From: a virus
DNA: 64,000 bases
Strand: one strand, 5' to 3'
Virus record (IMG/VR): IMGVR_UViG_3300022925_000008
Coordinates: 67,198-131,197 of that record
Shown here one piece after another: positions 8,474 through 17,241 of this stretch. Each line of letters starts with the position of its first letter. The stretch's first letter is position 1. A program made the position numbers and the translations under genes. The notes below the pieces were generated by a model. That model saw only the letters and a list, made by a program, of their open reading frames with translations, searched no databases and was not told the origin of the DNA.

Positions 8474-8487
8474 TAAGTTATTGATTT
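8474..8487 (-). promoter_or_regulatory. Orphan IHF-like box without a downstream TATAAT
   Basis: AAATCAATAACTTA, exact copy of the box. Confidence 0.55.
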
Positions 8488-8653
8488 AAAAGGATTTTTG
8501 GAACGTTTCGGTCCACGCTTTGAATACTTCTCTGGATTCATTCTTGCTCAACCCGAATGTTGTTTCCAGAAGTTTGGGTGCACCAAACATGTTGATGCTT
8601 CCGCTTTCTCGCGTCGCGTCTAAAAACTTAAAATAAGATTCTAAATTATCCAT
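8486..8653 (-). CDS. Hypothetical protein, 55 aa (not in ORF track)
   Basis: MDNLESYFKFLDATRESGSINMFGAPKLL...; the RESG.xNMFGA motif is recalled from phage hypotheticals. Confidence 0.65.
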   Translation of the reverse strand: MDNLESYFKFLDATRESGSINMFGAPKLLETTFGLSKNESREVFKAWTETFQKSF

Positions 8654-8654
8654 A

Positions 8655-8894
8655 TTAATGTCCTATTTTAGTTTTTGGTTTCCACCCTTCAATGATTGTT
8701 TTGGCAGTGGTACCGAATCCCATACCATCAAGAACACCACGGATGTATTCGATCTCATCTGCTGCCGCAAGACCTTTGTGGTACGCACGGCTGTCATCAG
8801 ACATCGTGAAGAACCAGTCGTGGTGCTTACATTTTTCGTGGAGGATTTCGCAGATTTCTGATGCATCCTTACCGCTCAAATCTAAACGATTCAT
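8655..8894 (-). CDS. Hypothetical protein
   Basis: 79 aa; HDWFFTMSDDSRAY motif. Confidence 0.65.
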   Translation of the reverse strand: MNRLDLSGKDASEICEILHEKCKHHDWFFTMSDDSRAYHKGLAAADEIEYIRGVLDGMGFGTTAKTIIEGWKPKTKIGH

Positions 8895-9073
8895 TATGCC
8901 TCCTTCTTTAAGACTGTATCAATACTTTCAATCTGTTCCTTTGCCAACTTTACGCTGGCCAGTTTCAGAATTGGCGAATCTATCTCAATCGCACGAATCA
9001 GATTCTCGATAGTAACGCGACTACCAGCAAGTTCAGCACGAGTATCACACATCTCAAAAAAATAATCATTCAT
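8894..9073 (-). CDS. Hypothetical protein, 59 aa (not in ORF track)
   Basis: MNDYFFEMCD...VLKKEA; TAATG couplings on both sides. Confidence 0.55.
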   Translation of the reverse strand: MNDYFFEMCDTRAELAGSRVTIENLIRAIEIDSPILKLASVKLAKEQIESIDTVLKKEA

Positions 9074-9273
9074 TATAACGCCACCTCTTCTTCTTCCGTT
9101 TCTATTAGGTTGAGAACAAAATCCAATGCACCGAGATAACCTTCATCATACTGGTTTTCCGTTGAAGACAACTTTACTAGACTGATTCTCTCGTTAATAA
9201 CAAACTTGATATGGTCAACTAAAATCATTACGCCACCTCTGCAAAGAAGTCTTCGGGGGTATAGAACGTCCAA
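9073..9273 (-). CDS. Hypothetical protein (start probably MILVD, near 9228)
   Basis: ORF coupled within the operon. Confidence 0.55.
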   Translation of the reverse strand: MDVLYPRRLLCRGGVMILVDHIKFVINERISLVKLSSTENQYDEGYLGALDFVLNLIETEEEEVAL

Positions 9274-9431
9274 GTTCCGTCAATAAGATTAGACCAAGCG
9301 ACCGCATCAAGATCAGAATTGGTTTTGTTACGCTCAATAACAAACTGGATTTTACCAGTAGCAACTTCAACAACATACAACTCATTAATCATTTTGGTTC
9401 CTTTTTTGTTTATAGAGTAATTATACCGCAT
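9228..9431 (-). CDS. Hypothetical protein (start probably MINEL, near 9392)
   Basis: SD AAGGA after the promoter. Confidence 0.55.
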   Translation of the reverse strand: MRYNYSINKKGTKMINELYVVEVATGKIQFVIERNKTNSDLDAVAWSNLIDGTWTFYTPEDFFAEVA

Positions 9432-9469
9432 AAAGGGTAAAAAGAAAACCTCAGGTAAGTTATTGATTT
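9420..9469 (-). promoter_or_regulatory. Early-type promoter: IHF-like box + TATAAT
   Basis: AAATCAATAACTTA, 30 nt, TATAAT. Confidence 0.8.
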
Positions 9470-9590
9470 TGCAGAAGTATTTGCCAAGCAGTTTCTACTT
9501 CTTGCACTGCCTCTTCATCAGAAGAAATGGAATCTTCACAATAAGAGGTTAGTGCTTGCCAGATTACCGTGGTTGCTTCGTTTATATCCA

Positions 9591-9938
9591 TTACGCTACC
9601 TCTCCCAACCGATCGAACATAAACAGAAATTCATCCACGCTGCCTTGCCAGACTACCTTCCAATTGTCCATCGGGTAATCCTCAATATGACGAACAACAA
9701 GAGTTTTGCCAGTTACCTCATAGCGATACTCGGTGTCGCCGTGATTCTCAGCAGCACTGGTGAACTCGGCATTATCATTAGCGCGAAAGAATTTTGCCGC
9801 GAGAGGCATAGAACCCTTGAAGTTCACTGCCTTGCGGAAATACTTCGCAGCGCCGTTCAGATATCCATCATGATGGATGTAGAAAGTTTGACGACCGAAT
9901 AGTTCGGAATCAAATTGGTAGGTTGCTCTAGTAGACAT
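9591..9938 (-). CDS. Phage hypothetical protein
   Basis: MSTRAT...YIHHDGY motif; SD GGAG. Confidence 0.7.
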   Translation of the reverse strand: MSTRATYQFDSELFGRQTFYIHHDGYLNGAAKYFRKAVNFKGSMPLAAKFFRANDNAEFTSAAENHGDTEYRYEVTGKTLVVRHIEDYPMDNWKVVWQGSVDEFLFMFDRLGEVA

Positions 9939-9965
9939 AACGCTCTCCTTGGTTTCAATAGATAT

Positions 9966-10015
9966 ATTATACTAAAAATTGCCCCGAAGGGCAACTTATA
10001 GTAAGTTATTGAATT
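9966..10015 (-). promoter_or_regulatory. Early-type promoter: IHF-like box + TATAAT, with a nested terminator hairpin
   Basis: AATTCAATAACTTA, 30 nt, TATAAT. Confidence 0.75.
9974..9994 (-). terminator. cUUCGg hairpin terminator
   Basis: TTGCCC-TTCG-GGGCAA followed by TTTTT. Confidence 0.7.
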
Positions 10016-10197
10016 TAAACGTCTTTTTCGAAACCACCCGTACCCAATTCATAGAGCGGTTTAGAAAACTTATTTAAAAAACCTTCAGATTTTAAAACGC
10101 TATAATCATCAGGGTGAACAGCGATATAAGTTTTTTCAGGGTAGGCATTTATAGCGCGTTCAACCCGCTCAATTATAGAAAGATCAGATTTAATCAT
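10015..10197 (-). CDS. Hypothetical protein
   Basis: 60-aa ORF with an SD. Confidence 0.55.
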   Translation of the reverse strand: MIKSDLSIIERVERAINAYPEKTYIAVHPDDYSVLKSEGFLNKFSKPLYELGTGGFEKDV

Positions 10198-10224
10198 TTT
10201 AAATTTCCTTGTTTGTGAGTTGTT

Positions 10225-10273
10225 ATTATACCTCTTTTCTCTTACAAAGAAACTTCTACTAAGTTATTGATTT
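10225..10273 (-). promoter_or_regulatory. Early-type promoter: IHF-like box + TATAAT
   Basis: AAATCAATAACTTA, 29 nt, TATAAT. Confidence 0.8.
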
Positions 10274-10282
10274 TAAAGGAGT

Positions 10283-10690
10283 TTAGTTACCGTCCCAGTT
10301 GAGATCCTGTTGCTTGCCTACTGCTTCTTCTTGATCCGCAGTCGGTACACGAGAACCCTGTGAACGTCTCACGATGTCGTTGTGGTCGAACTCAGACCAA
10401 TACAACTCAAACGCAACACCGTCTTGGACACCCACAAACTGATGCCATACACCTGCAGGCACTGCCATGTATTCACCCGCGTTTAAAACTGTAGTGTCCA
10501 CAATCGCGCTATTCTCTGGCCATGTGCGAATCATCAACTTGCCCGACTCGACAAAGAACCCGTTCGACTTGGTGGTGTGATAGTGTTCAGAGCATTGAAA
10601 GTCCTTCTTGAACTCAATCCTGTGGAACTCTAATGAACCATTTGCTTCAATCTGCTGGGTCTTACCCCAGATTTTACCTGCTGATTTCAT
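10283..10690 (-). CDS. Cupin-domain protein (sugar-isomerase-like)
   Basis: KIWG, CSEHYH, FVESGKL, VPAGVWHQF motifs. Confidence 0.8.
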   Translation of the reverse strand: MKSAGKIWGKTQQIEANGSLEFHRIEFKKDFQCSEHYHTTKSNGFFVESGKLMIRTWPENSAIVDTTVLNAGEYMAVPAGVWHQFVGVQDGVAFELYWSEFDHNDIVRRSQGSRVPTADQEEAVGKQQDLNWDGN

Positions 10691-11103
10691 AGGTCTGTTT
10701 CCTCTATCGTTATGCCACCATAGATGTAGCATTCATATTGGTCTTCATTAAAACTATTATTATCTAAGTACATCCAACCATCTTCACAATAACCTTCTTC
10801 AACTTGTTCCTTTTCTTCTTCAGTCCACTCACCGAAAAACTTGAATTCTACGGAAACACCGTCATCCATGTAATTGGAAGCATAGTCCTCGAAACAAGTG
10901 ATCTCTAATTCATCTTCATCGTCCAGAGCACTTTGAAGATAACTAACTTCGTCTTGATCCATCGGGGTGATGTGCCACTGACCACTGCGCCATGTGTCGA
11001 TAATCGTGAAACCTCGATCTCCCTTGAGCATGACCTGACGTTCTTCCACTGACTTCTTATACCGATTCATTACGGTATAAGTGATACCTTCAAGAACCTG
11101 CAT
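10687..11103 (-). CDS. Acidic hypothetical protein
   Basis: 138-aa coupled ORF. Confidence 0.6.
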   Translation of the reverse strand: MQVLEGITYTVMNRYKKSVEERQVMLKGDRGFTIIDTWRSGQWHITPMDQDEVSYLQSALDDEDELEITCFEDYASNYMDDGVSVEFKFFGEWTEEEKEQVEEGYCEDGWMYLDNNSFNEDQYECYIYGGITIEETDL

Positions 11104-11431
11104 AATCCGCTTCCTTCACAAAAATACCATCAATCATCTTACCCTTGCGATCTTTGATGTCAGTCCATGCTGCTTCGAGACAATCTGTAATGTGCCAATC
11201 GTTTCGCTCCATGATGTTGATCAACACCACCATGATATCACCGATGTCGTCTTTCAGGTCTTTACCCTTACAGATGTTGTCTGACAATTCACCGACCTCT
11301 TGGATCAATTTCAAACACTGGTCTTTGTCAGTGCTACCTTCAATCAAGTTACGGTCACGATGCCACGTTTCAATACGTGCGATCATTACATCTGTAATAC
11401 CTCGTGACTCGCCATTCCACTTATCGTTCAT
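11090..11431 (-). CDS. mazG: MazG-like nucleotide pyrophosphohydrolase
   Basis: KLIQEVGEL...KDDIGD all-alpha NTP-PPase motif. Confidence 0.85.
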   Translation of the reverse strand: MNDKWNGESRGITDVMIARIETWHRDRNLIEGSTDKDQCLKLIQEVGELSDNICKGKDLKDDIGDIMVVLINIMERNDWHITDCLEAAWTDIKDRKGKMIDGIFVKEADYAGS

Positions 11432-11652
11432 AATAATTTCTCCAATTCATGAAAACCACCGATTGGGGTGCCATCAATTTTGATTTGAGGAAAGGTTTTT
11501 GCTCCTACAAACTCAGCAAGGATTTCTTCTTTAGTAAAATCTTCGCCATACTGTTTGTAGGTATAGTCTAATCCACGACTGTCACAAATTTCTTTAGCAC
11601 GATTACAAAAAATGCAATCAGGTTTACCCCAAATTTCAATATCCATAACCAA
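11428..11652 (-). CDS. Glutaredoxin
   Basis: CIFC active site, TFPQI, IGGF. Confidence 0.9.
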   Translation of the reverse strand: MVMDIEIWGKPDCIFCNRAKEICDSRGLDYTYKQYGEDFTKEEILAEFVGAKTFPQIKIDGTPIGGFHELEKLL

Positions 11653-11836
11653 TCTCTAAATGATTTTTTTTATATATAATATCAACTTAACACGGTAGAA
11701 TAATGTCTCTTCTTCAAACAATGGTACTAGAAAAGTACCAACCCATCTCAGGAAAAACATATTACCTTTATCGTTCTTTCAGCGGTAAACTTTTTGTCAG
11801 TGACGATATTTTAACTACAGGTGAAAAAATTGGTAG

Positions 11837-12094
11837 TTACGTTTGGGTTTCGGGATAACCCTCGTACCATCTGATTACCGTGTCAACGCGAAAAGAACGC
11901 CAAGCAGTTTTATCTAAGCACCATACTACAAGGTGTTCGGACTCGTTTTCTCTTTGCTCTAGAATTTCTGGCACGTTATGTTCTGATAACTCTGTGTTTA
12001 ACGTGCATGGCATAATTCTCAGACCACCGTCATTGATCTTGTTAAACTCAACAGTAACCACACCTTTTTTTGCTGCTTCGATAAATCCTTTCAT
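11837..12094 (-). CDS. WYL_2/DUF2693-like (Sm-fold) protein
   Basis: VTVEFNK..G..R.M.CTL...WRSFRVD pattern. Confidence 0.7.
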   Translation of the reverse strand: MKGFIEAAKKGVVTVEFNKINDGGLRIMPCTLNTELSEHNVPEILEQRENESEHLVVWCLDKTAWRSFRVDTVIRWYEGYPETQT

Positions 12095-12228
12095 ATCCGC
12101 TTAACCTTATAAAAGTTAATGTGATCATCCCATCGATTGAACTTTTGTCTAATCGCACAAAAGAATAATCCGTTGTAGGGGGGTTTGGTGGTGTCTCTCT
12201 CGGGAAACAATTCGGCTTGTCTATACAT
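12091..12228 (-). CDS. Hypothetical protein, 45 aa (not in ORF track)
   Basis: MYRQAELFPERDTTKPPYNGLFFC...; SD GGAG; ATGA coupling. Confidence 0.55.
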   Translation of the reverse strand: MYRQAELFPERDTTKPPYNGLFFCAIRQKFNRWDDHINFYKVKRI

Positions 12229-12442
12229 TTTTACTCCTTTTATCAAAATAAATTCTTATAAAATATTTTCTAGCAACTGCTAATGCAAATAATATCGAAG
12301 TCATGAAAATCGTCATCGATAGTGCAGTCATTTCGATTGATAAACAAAACGCGATTAAAACATAATTCAGAGGAAAATTTACAAAGGTTCCCAAAACCGT
12401 GTCGCTCATCGATTCTTTAAAAGCAATTTTATTGAATTTCAT
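12221..12442 (-). CDS. Small two-TM membrane protein
   Basis: Two hydrophobic segments; ES..DT..G...NF motif. Confidence 0.65.
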   Translation of the reverse strand: MKFNKIAFKESMSDTVLGTFVNFPLNYVLIAFCLSIEMTALSMTIFMTSILFALAVARKYFIRIYFDKRSKNV

Positions 12443-13281
12443 AACGTGCGATAATTTGTTAATAACAATTCCTTTCTATTTCCTTCATCCTCTCTATAGT
12501 TTTTACCAGAATGCATCGTGTATGTTAAATCCCATTGCGTCTGAAACCAATCTTGATACAATTCGCGCAAAACTTCATTAGAGTTGTATGTGATCATTAC
12601 ATTGCCCATACAATCTTGTGCATGTTCATAAAAAAGATAATGATCAAAATCTGAATGATGTTTGCCTTTCTTACCATACAAGAAAGATTTAATATCGTAG
12701 GGGGGATCAGCAAAAATAAACTCATTTGAAGTACAATCAGCAAGTAGATCTGAGTAGTCGAGATTAGTTATTAACCAATTCTGAATCAACTCTGAATATT
12801 GAGGTAATCGTTCGATGTTAGGATAACCGAAGTTTGATTGAGAGGCAGACTTACTAAATCCTGAAGATTCAGTAAGACCCGAAAAAGAACACTTATTAAT
12901 AACAAAAAAGCAAACAGAAATCCGATGTAGATCGTCAGTATTAGCAATTTCTTCTCGACATGCAAGAAAAAGTTCTTTATGTGGTGTAATTTTATCTTCA
13001 TATGAATCTGCCTCTTTCTTTAATCTAAGTAGTTCATCATACATTGCTTTCGAGTTATTTTGCAACTCTTTCCAGAAGACGTATAGATTGTAATACTTGT
13101 CATTCACCCAGACTGGTTTCTTGGGAAACCTCTTGGTGAATTCAATGGCAACCGAACCACCGCCAAGAAACGGTTCGCGAAAAGAACGAATTGTTTCTGG
13201 AAGATTTTGATGCAAGAATAAGAACTTTGTGGCGCGAGACTTACCGCCTGGATAACGTAACGGTGTTTTTAATTTTTTCAT
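12439..13281 (-). CDS. dam: DNA adenine methyltransferase (Dam/D12 class)
   Basis: LRYPGGKS, EPFLGGGSV (SAM-binding) and ADPPY (catalytic) motifs. Confidence 0.92.
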   Translation of the reverse strand: MKKLKTPLRYPGGKSRATKFLFLHQNLPETIRSFREPFLGGGSVAIEFTKRFPKKPVWVNDKYYNLYVFWKELQNNSKAMYDELLRLKKEADSYEDKITPHKELFLACREEIANTDDLHRISVCFFVINKCSFSGLTESSGFSKSASQSNFGYPNIERLPQYSELIQNWLITNLDYSDLLADCTSNEFIFADPPYDIKSFLYGKKGKHHSDFDHYLFYEHAQDCMGNVMITYNSNEVLRELYQDWFQTQWDLTYTMHSGKNYREDEGNRKELLLTNYRTL

Positions 13282-13287
13282 GATATA

Positions 13288-13316
13288 AGTATACTTTATT
13301 TATTCATCAAAGTCAA
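13288..13316 (-). promoter_or_regulatory. Sigma70-type promoter of dam (probably leaderless mRNA)
   Basis: TTGACT, 17 nt, TATACT, then 6 nt to the ATG. Confidence 0.75.
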
Positions 13317-13503
13317 TGGTTTCGTCGTCAATGGTTAAAGTATACGTTATAGTGTCAATCGATTCCGAGAAATCATAATCATCATCACCGGACCAGTTAC
13401 TTGATTCTAGCATATGGATAAATTCGTCTATAAGAAAACGTTTTCTTTTAAGATGTTCTTCTCTTTTTTTACGAAACTCTTCTATGTAAACAACATCACC
13501 CAC
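13300..13503 (-). CDS. Hypothetical protein
   Basis: 67 aa with SD GGAG and a GTG start. Confidence 0.6.
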   Translation of the reverse strand: MGDVVYIEEFRKKREEHLKRKRFLIDEFIHMLESSNWSGDDDYDFSESIDTITYTLTIDDETIDFDE

Positions 13504-13513
13504 AATAGTCTCC

Positions 13514-13954
13514 TTATGATAAGAACGTTGGTTCTAAAAGTTCTCGATTCTTCAGATGTTCTTCTTCAATGTCGTCTTTGCTTTGTCCGTGGTAAGCAAC
13601 TGCTAAATGATTTTCAATCATTAACTCGTTAACACTACGCCAAGCGTCAGAGTGGGCATCATATACAATGAACTCGCCCAAGATGCGTCCAAATTTACCT
13701 TTGGCATCTTTATGGGTTCTCATGGTGCATTCTTTTCCGAGCATTGTTTTAAGATACTTTCCTGCTGCTTTGCCGTAAATCTTCTCCACTTTATCTCGTG
13801 TGCGAGACTCAGGAGTATCAATCCCGTAAAGGCGAACACGCTGATCAAGATACCATATTCCAAAACCAAGATCAATGTCAACATCGACAGTATCGCCATC
13901 AACAACTTTTCGTATTTTGCATTTATATTCATGCATTATTATCACCTCCGTCAA
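13514..13954 (-). CDS. SNase/thermonuclease-like protein
   Basis: VVDGDT, RVRLYGIDTPESRT, KFGRIL motifs. Confidence 0.85.
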   Translation of the reverse strand: MTEVIIMHEYKCKIRKVVDGDTVDVDIDLGFGIWYLDQRVRLYGIDTPESRTRDKVEKIYGKAAGKYLKTMLGKECTMRTHKDAKGKFGRILGEFIVYDAHSDAWRSVNELMIENHLAVAYHGQSKDDIEEEHLKNRELLEPTFLS

Positions 13955-13971
13955 TTAAAATTTTATTTTTA

Positions 13972-14397
13972 TTACCCACTGAGAGAAACTCCTTTACCCA
14001 TCTTGATCGCGTCCCATTGCTCCGGAGTGACATCATTTAATCGATGGTGCCCAGGAGTGTCTTGTCTATACTTACTATTATACTCAGGATATGGACCATA
14101 TGCTGGGTCACGAACATCCGCATTCTCTTCATCGTGAATATACAACTGAATCAGAGTGTAATGCATAATTTTCATAAGGTCTTTTCTAGCATCATGAGCA
14201 CTACCCTTGTTGCCATACCGTTTGGCATACTTGATCACATTGCCCAAGCAAAATCCAGTACCATGCCCACTGTCAATAATAACATCCGTGGCTTGATACT
14301 TGTCGGTTGCGTAGTGTTGGTCGTATGTTTTGTCGACATATTCCTGCAACTCCTTGATAAGTCTATCTTCGTAGAATTTATAATTAACCTTTGTCAT
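13972..14397 (-). CDS. DUF3310-family protein (T7 gp1.7 nucleotide-kinase-like)
   Basis: HY...QA.DVI...GFCLGNVIKYAKRYG.K...DL.K..HY pattern. Confidence 0.8.
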   Translation of the reverse strand: MTKVNYKFYEDRLIKELQEYVDKTYDQHYATDKYQATDVIIDSGHGTGFCLGNVIKYAKRYGNKGSAHDARKDLMKIMHYTLIQLYIHDEENADVRDPAYGPYPEYNSKYRQDTPGHHRLNDVTPEQWDAIKMGKGVSLSG

Positions 14398-14942
14398 AAA
14401 GTAATCTCTATATGTCGAACAATACTGTTGGTATCTTCGGCGTTATTGTGGTTGTGGGTTTCAACATTTTCCCAAAGAAGAAAGTTCTTTGCAATATTGT
14501 TATATTTAGTTTTTCTTCCTTGAATAAATTTCTCGGATTGTACCGAACCTCTATCTTTATATCTCTGCTCGACATCTTCTGATTCTAGTATCATAACGTG
14601 CAACTCGGTGTCAGGCAAATCGAGGCAGGTCTCTAGAAGAGATGCAGTGAACAGCCTATCACCTTCAAAGATAATTGATGCATCGGTTTTTGTAATAAAT
14701 TCTATCGCCTTGGGTTGAACTGCCATGCTCAATTTATCTGTTCCCTGAGCATAACCTTCTACGTCATACCAAGGGGCATACTTACCAAACACATAACAGT
14801 TTCTTGATTTTGAATAGACGCCATCTAACAATTCTACTGGTTTGGCGGGTTGCCAATCTAATGCAAGTTTATCTAATACATTTTTAACTAAGGTTGTTTT
14901 GCCAGTTCCTGGTATACCACCAATTGCAAATATATGTCTCAT
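14394..14942 (-). CDS. P-loop kinase, predicted 5-hydroxymethyluracil-DNA kinase type
   Basis: GGIPGTGKT Walker A, IIFEGDRL, R..RGS.QSEKF; coupled to the TET/JBP and AADT genes. Confidence 0.75.
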   Translation of the reverse strand: MRHIFAIGGIPGTGKTTLVKNVLDKLALDWQPAKPVELLDGVYSKSRNCYVFGKYAPWYDVEGYAQGTDKLSMAVQPKAIEFITKTDASIIFEGDRLFTASLLETCLDLPDTELHVMILESEDVEQRYKDRGSVQSEKFIQGRKTKYNNIAKNFLLWENVETHNHNNAEDTNSIVRHIEITL

Positions 14943-16279
14943 GAAAAAAACTCCTCAAGCGAAGAAGATTGTTTTTGCGGGTGGTACTTATTCAACATCT
15001 CTTCGCCACCATTCTTGCGTAAATACTCAAACCATTCAGGTTTGTCCCACATAGAAGGCGAAACACCATTCCACAATGGGCGGTGCATTGGATGAGTTTG
15101 ATCTTTACTTCTGTCGGTAACAAATTGTCTACGAATTGATTCATATTCCCAACTACCCAATTCTAGCATTTTTTCTCGAAAATAGCAAACAAGAGAAATA
15201 CGTTCCATATCTTCCAGTTTTTTCCCAGAGGGAGGAACCAGTTCTGTGTTACCGTGTATGCCATCGTGGTTATTGATCAGCAACAAATCGCCTGGACGTA
15301 TGTTAATAGCGACCCGATATTCTGGCAGAACTAGGTATCCCCCCTCCCACTCCTTATCTTTCGCAATCACTGACAGGTTGGAGAATCCTGCGTGGAGATC
15401 ACCAGCGTCACGGTGAGCAGAGGTGCGAAAGTTTTTGTTCACCGTAATTGTGGTGAACGGAGTATCCTCGCCAGCGACTCTGAACCTGGGGTCAAGTTTC
15501 GCTGCTGCTTCATTCTGTACACCATACCGTTCGGGCAAGAGTCGCTGAAACTCACTCGAGAGTTTGCGCATGAACGGATAACACTTCTCGTAAGTCTCAC
15601 GATGGTGTTCAGTATATGAAGTAGCGCGACCCCATGGGATGCGAGGATATCGATCAAAAAACCCAGCTATACCAGAGAGTACCTGATTAGCATAGGTTGT
15701 ATTTGATACATAGTTATCAAAGAGATCTTTTGCTGCTTGGGGTTGTAGATGATTTGGTAAAGCAAGGATCTCTTTTAATTTTGTTTCGAAGAAAGTTTCG
15801 TAGTTATAACCATCCTTTTCTATTTTAGATTTAATCCAAACGATCCCTCTTGGATCTTTTGGCGTTTCATAAGATGCGTGTCTTTTTTTAATTTCTTCGA
15901 TTGGGTCTTCTGTTCTTCCGAACAAAGTTGTCTGCTCTCCATTAACGAGATATTCCATAATCTCAATCTGGGACTCATCGCACCAATTACGCCCACCTTG
16001 CCTTTCGCCTTTTGGTCCAGCAGCAAGTCCACGGTTCTGTGTAGGTTGTGCTGCGTTAACAAGACCTTCGTAAGCACATTCTTGCTCTTCTGGAGTAAAA
16101 CGATTCTTACGAAACATAAAAATGCATTCTTTCTCAGAAGGTTCGGTGCGGCCAATTTCGGAGATGGGTGCATAAAAATCCATATCTTCTTCAACTAAAA
16201 GGTCATAATCAGATTCATCCATATACTTACCAAGTTTATCTTCGCAGTTATGTTTAAATTTGGAGATAATCGTTTTCAT
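14939..16279 (-). CDS. TET/JBP-family 2OG-Fe(II) dioxygenase
   Basis: FTTITVNKNFRTSAHRDAGD (HxD), GGYLV, HGNT (distal His), RISLVCY (2OG-binding Arg). Confidence 0.88.
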   Translation of the reverse strand: MKTIISKFKHNCEDKLGKYMDESDYDLLVEEDMDFYAPISEIGRTEPSEKECIFMFRKNRFTPEEQECAYEGLVNAAQPTQNRGLAAGPKGERQGGRNWCDESQIEIMEYLVNGEQTTLFGRTEDPIEEIKKRHASYETPKDPRGIVWIKSKIEKDGYNYETFFETKLKEILALPNHLQPQAAKDLFDNYVSNTTYANQVLSGIAGFFDRYPRIPWGRATSYTEHHRETYEKCYPFMRKLSSEFQRLLPERYGVQNEAAAKLDPRFRVAGEDTPFTTITVNKNFRTSAHRDAGDLHAGFSNLSVIAKDKEWEGGYLVLPEYRVAINIRPGDLLLINNHDGIHGNTELVPPSGKKLEDMERISLVCYFREKMLELGSWEYESIRRQFVTDRSKDQTHPMHRPLWNGVSPSMWDKPEWFEYLRKNGGEEMLNKYHPQKQSSSLEEFFS

Positions 16280-17241
16280 ACCATAAATTCCTCTAGTCCG
16301 GTAGATACCTGTTCAAAGTTACCAGTATCTAAGTACCATTCCATTTTATACTTTTTTATTTCATTAGTCAACCATTGTTTTTCAATGGTCTCTTCTCTTG
16401 CTTGCCACAAAGGTTTCCAGTCAATGCCATCCCAACCGTCTTGTTCCACCTTCTTAATTTCCTCTGCTTGCCTGTCAAGGTAATACCCAAGGTAACGCCC
16501 ACGACTTTTACGAAACAACTTCTTAAAGGAGCAGAGGCACGTCTCCATTGCGAAAAAGTCTGCTTTCTCGGCGACGTGAGGATATTGTAGTTTAACCTCT
16601 TGAAGTATTTCTTTCGCTTCTGATTCTAGATATGCAACCTGTTCTTTGTCCAGCTTCTTATCCACCCATTCGTCTTTACCAATGGCATAACACATACCAT
16701 TACGATGAGAGCGAGAACCGCTATGATCGTGGAACCAAAGACTATCAACATCTATATTGATATCACAACATTGTTTCAGCGTTTGCATATAAAACCAAGA
16801 AGTATATCTTCCAAACTTATGCCAAGAGTTTACTTCTTTCCAAAGTTTGTAGAAGTTATCCACTGGATTGTCGGTAAAGTCTTTGGTGAGTGCCTCGCGT
16901 TGAGTTCGTTCACCGACCCAATCTTTATAAGAAAGAAACTGGGCAGGTAAATGCCCCTTGTTCCATTTGGTGTCCGTCTGGTAACGCAATCGTTTGTAGT
17001 TCTCGTTATTCCAATTCTCAAGTCTTTCCACACCAACCAAATGCATATCAGGAAACTCGTTCCATATTATATATGCAGTCGGCCAGTAGTAAGTATTACC
17101 GTATAACCAAGACAACCAGAGTCGTTGCTCTTTGTTATACTCGAATCGATCAAAGAAATAATTCGTCATATACAGAGACGAGTCGCAGTCTTCAATCTCA
17201 AGACTGCGCCCGAACCACCGTATAAAAGTATCAGTTGACAT
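16276..17241 (-). CDS. Amino-acid:DNA transferase / alpha-glutamyl-putrescinyl-thymine pyrophosphorylase-like (HhH-glycosylase fold)
   Basis: QRLWL.WLYGNTY, KFGRYTSWFYMQTL, ETCLCSFKK motifs, plus gene context. Confidence 0.78.
   Translation of the reverse strand: MSTDTFIRWFGRSLEIEDCDSSLYMTNYFFDRFEYNKEQRLWLSWLYGNTYYWPTAYIIWNEFPDMHLVGVERLENWNNENYKRLRYQTDTKWNKGHLPAQFLSYKDWVGERTQREALTKDFTDNPVDNFYKLWKEVNSWHKFGRYTSWFYMQTLKQCCDINIDVDSLWFHDHSGSRSHRNGMCYAIGKDEWVDKKLDKEQVAYLESEAKEILQEVKLQYPHVAEKADFFAMETCLCSFKKLFRKSRGRYLGYYLDRQAEEIKKVEQDGWDGIDWKPLWQAREETIEKQWLTNEIKKYKMEWYLDTGNFEQVSTGLEEFMV

Noticed and set aside
11653-11836. ~185-nt gap with a short inverted repeat (TAACTAC...GTAGTTA) as an ncRNA
   Set aside because: AT-rich with only a weak stem; more simply a promoter or leader region for glutaredoxin.
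12439-16279. Dam + TET as a 6mA write/erase pair
   Set aside because: The TET gene is coupled to the hmU-type kinase and AADT, not to dam, and 6mA demethylation is typical of AlkB-type enzymes. Not formally excluded.
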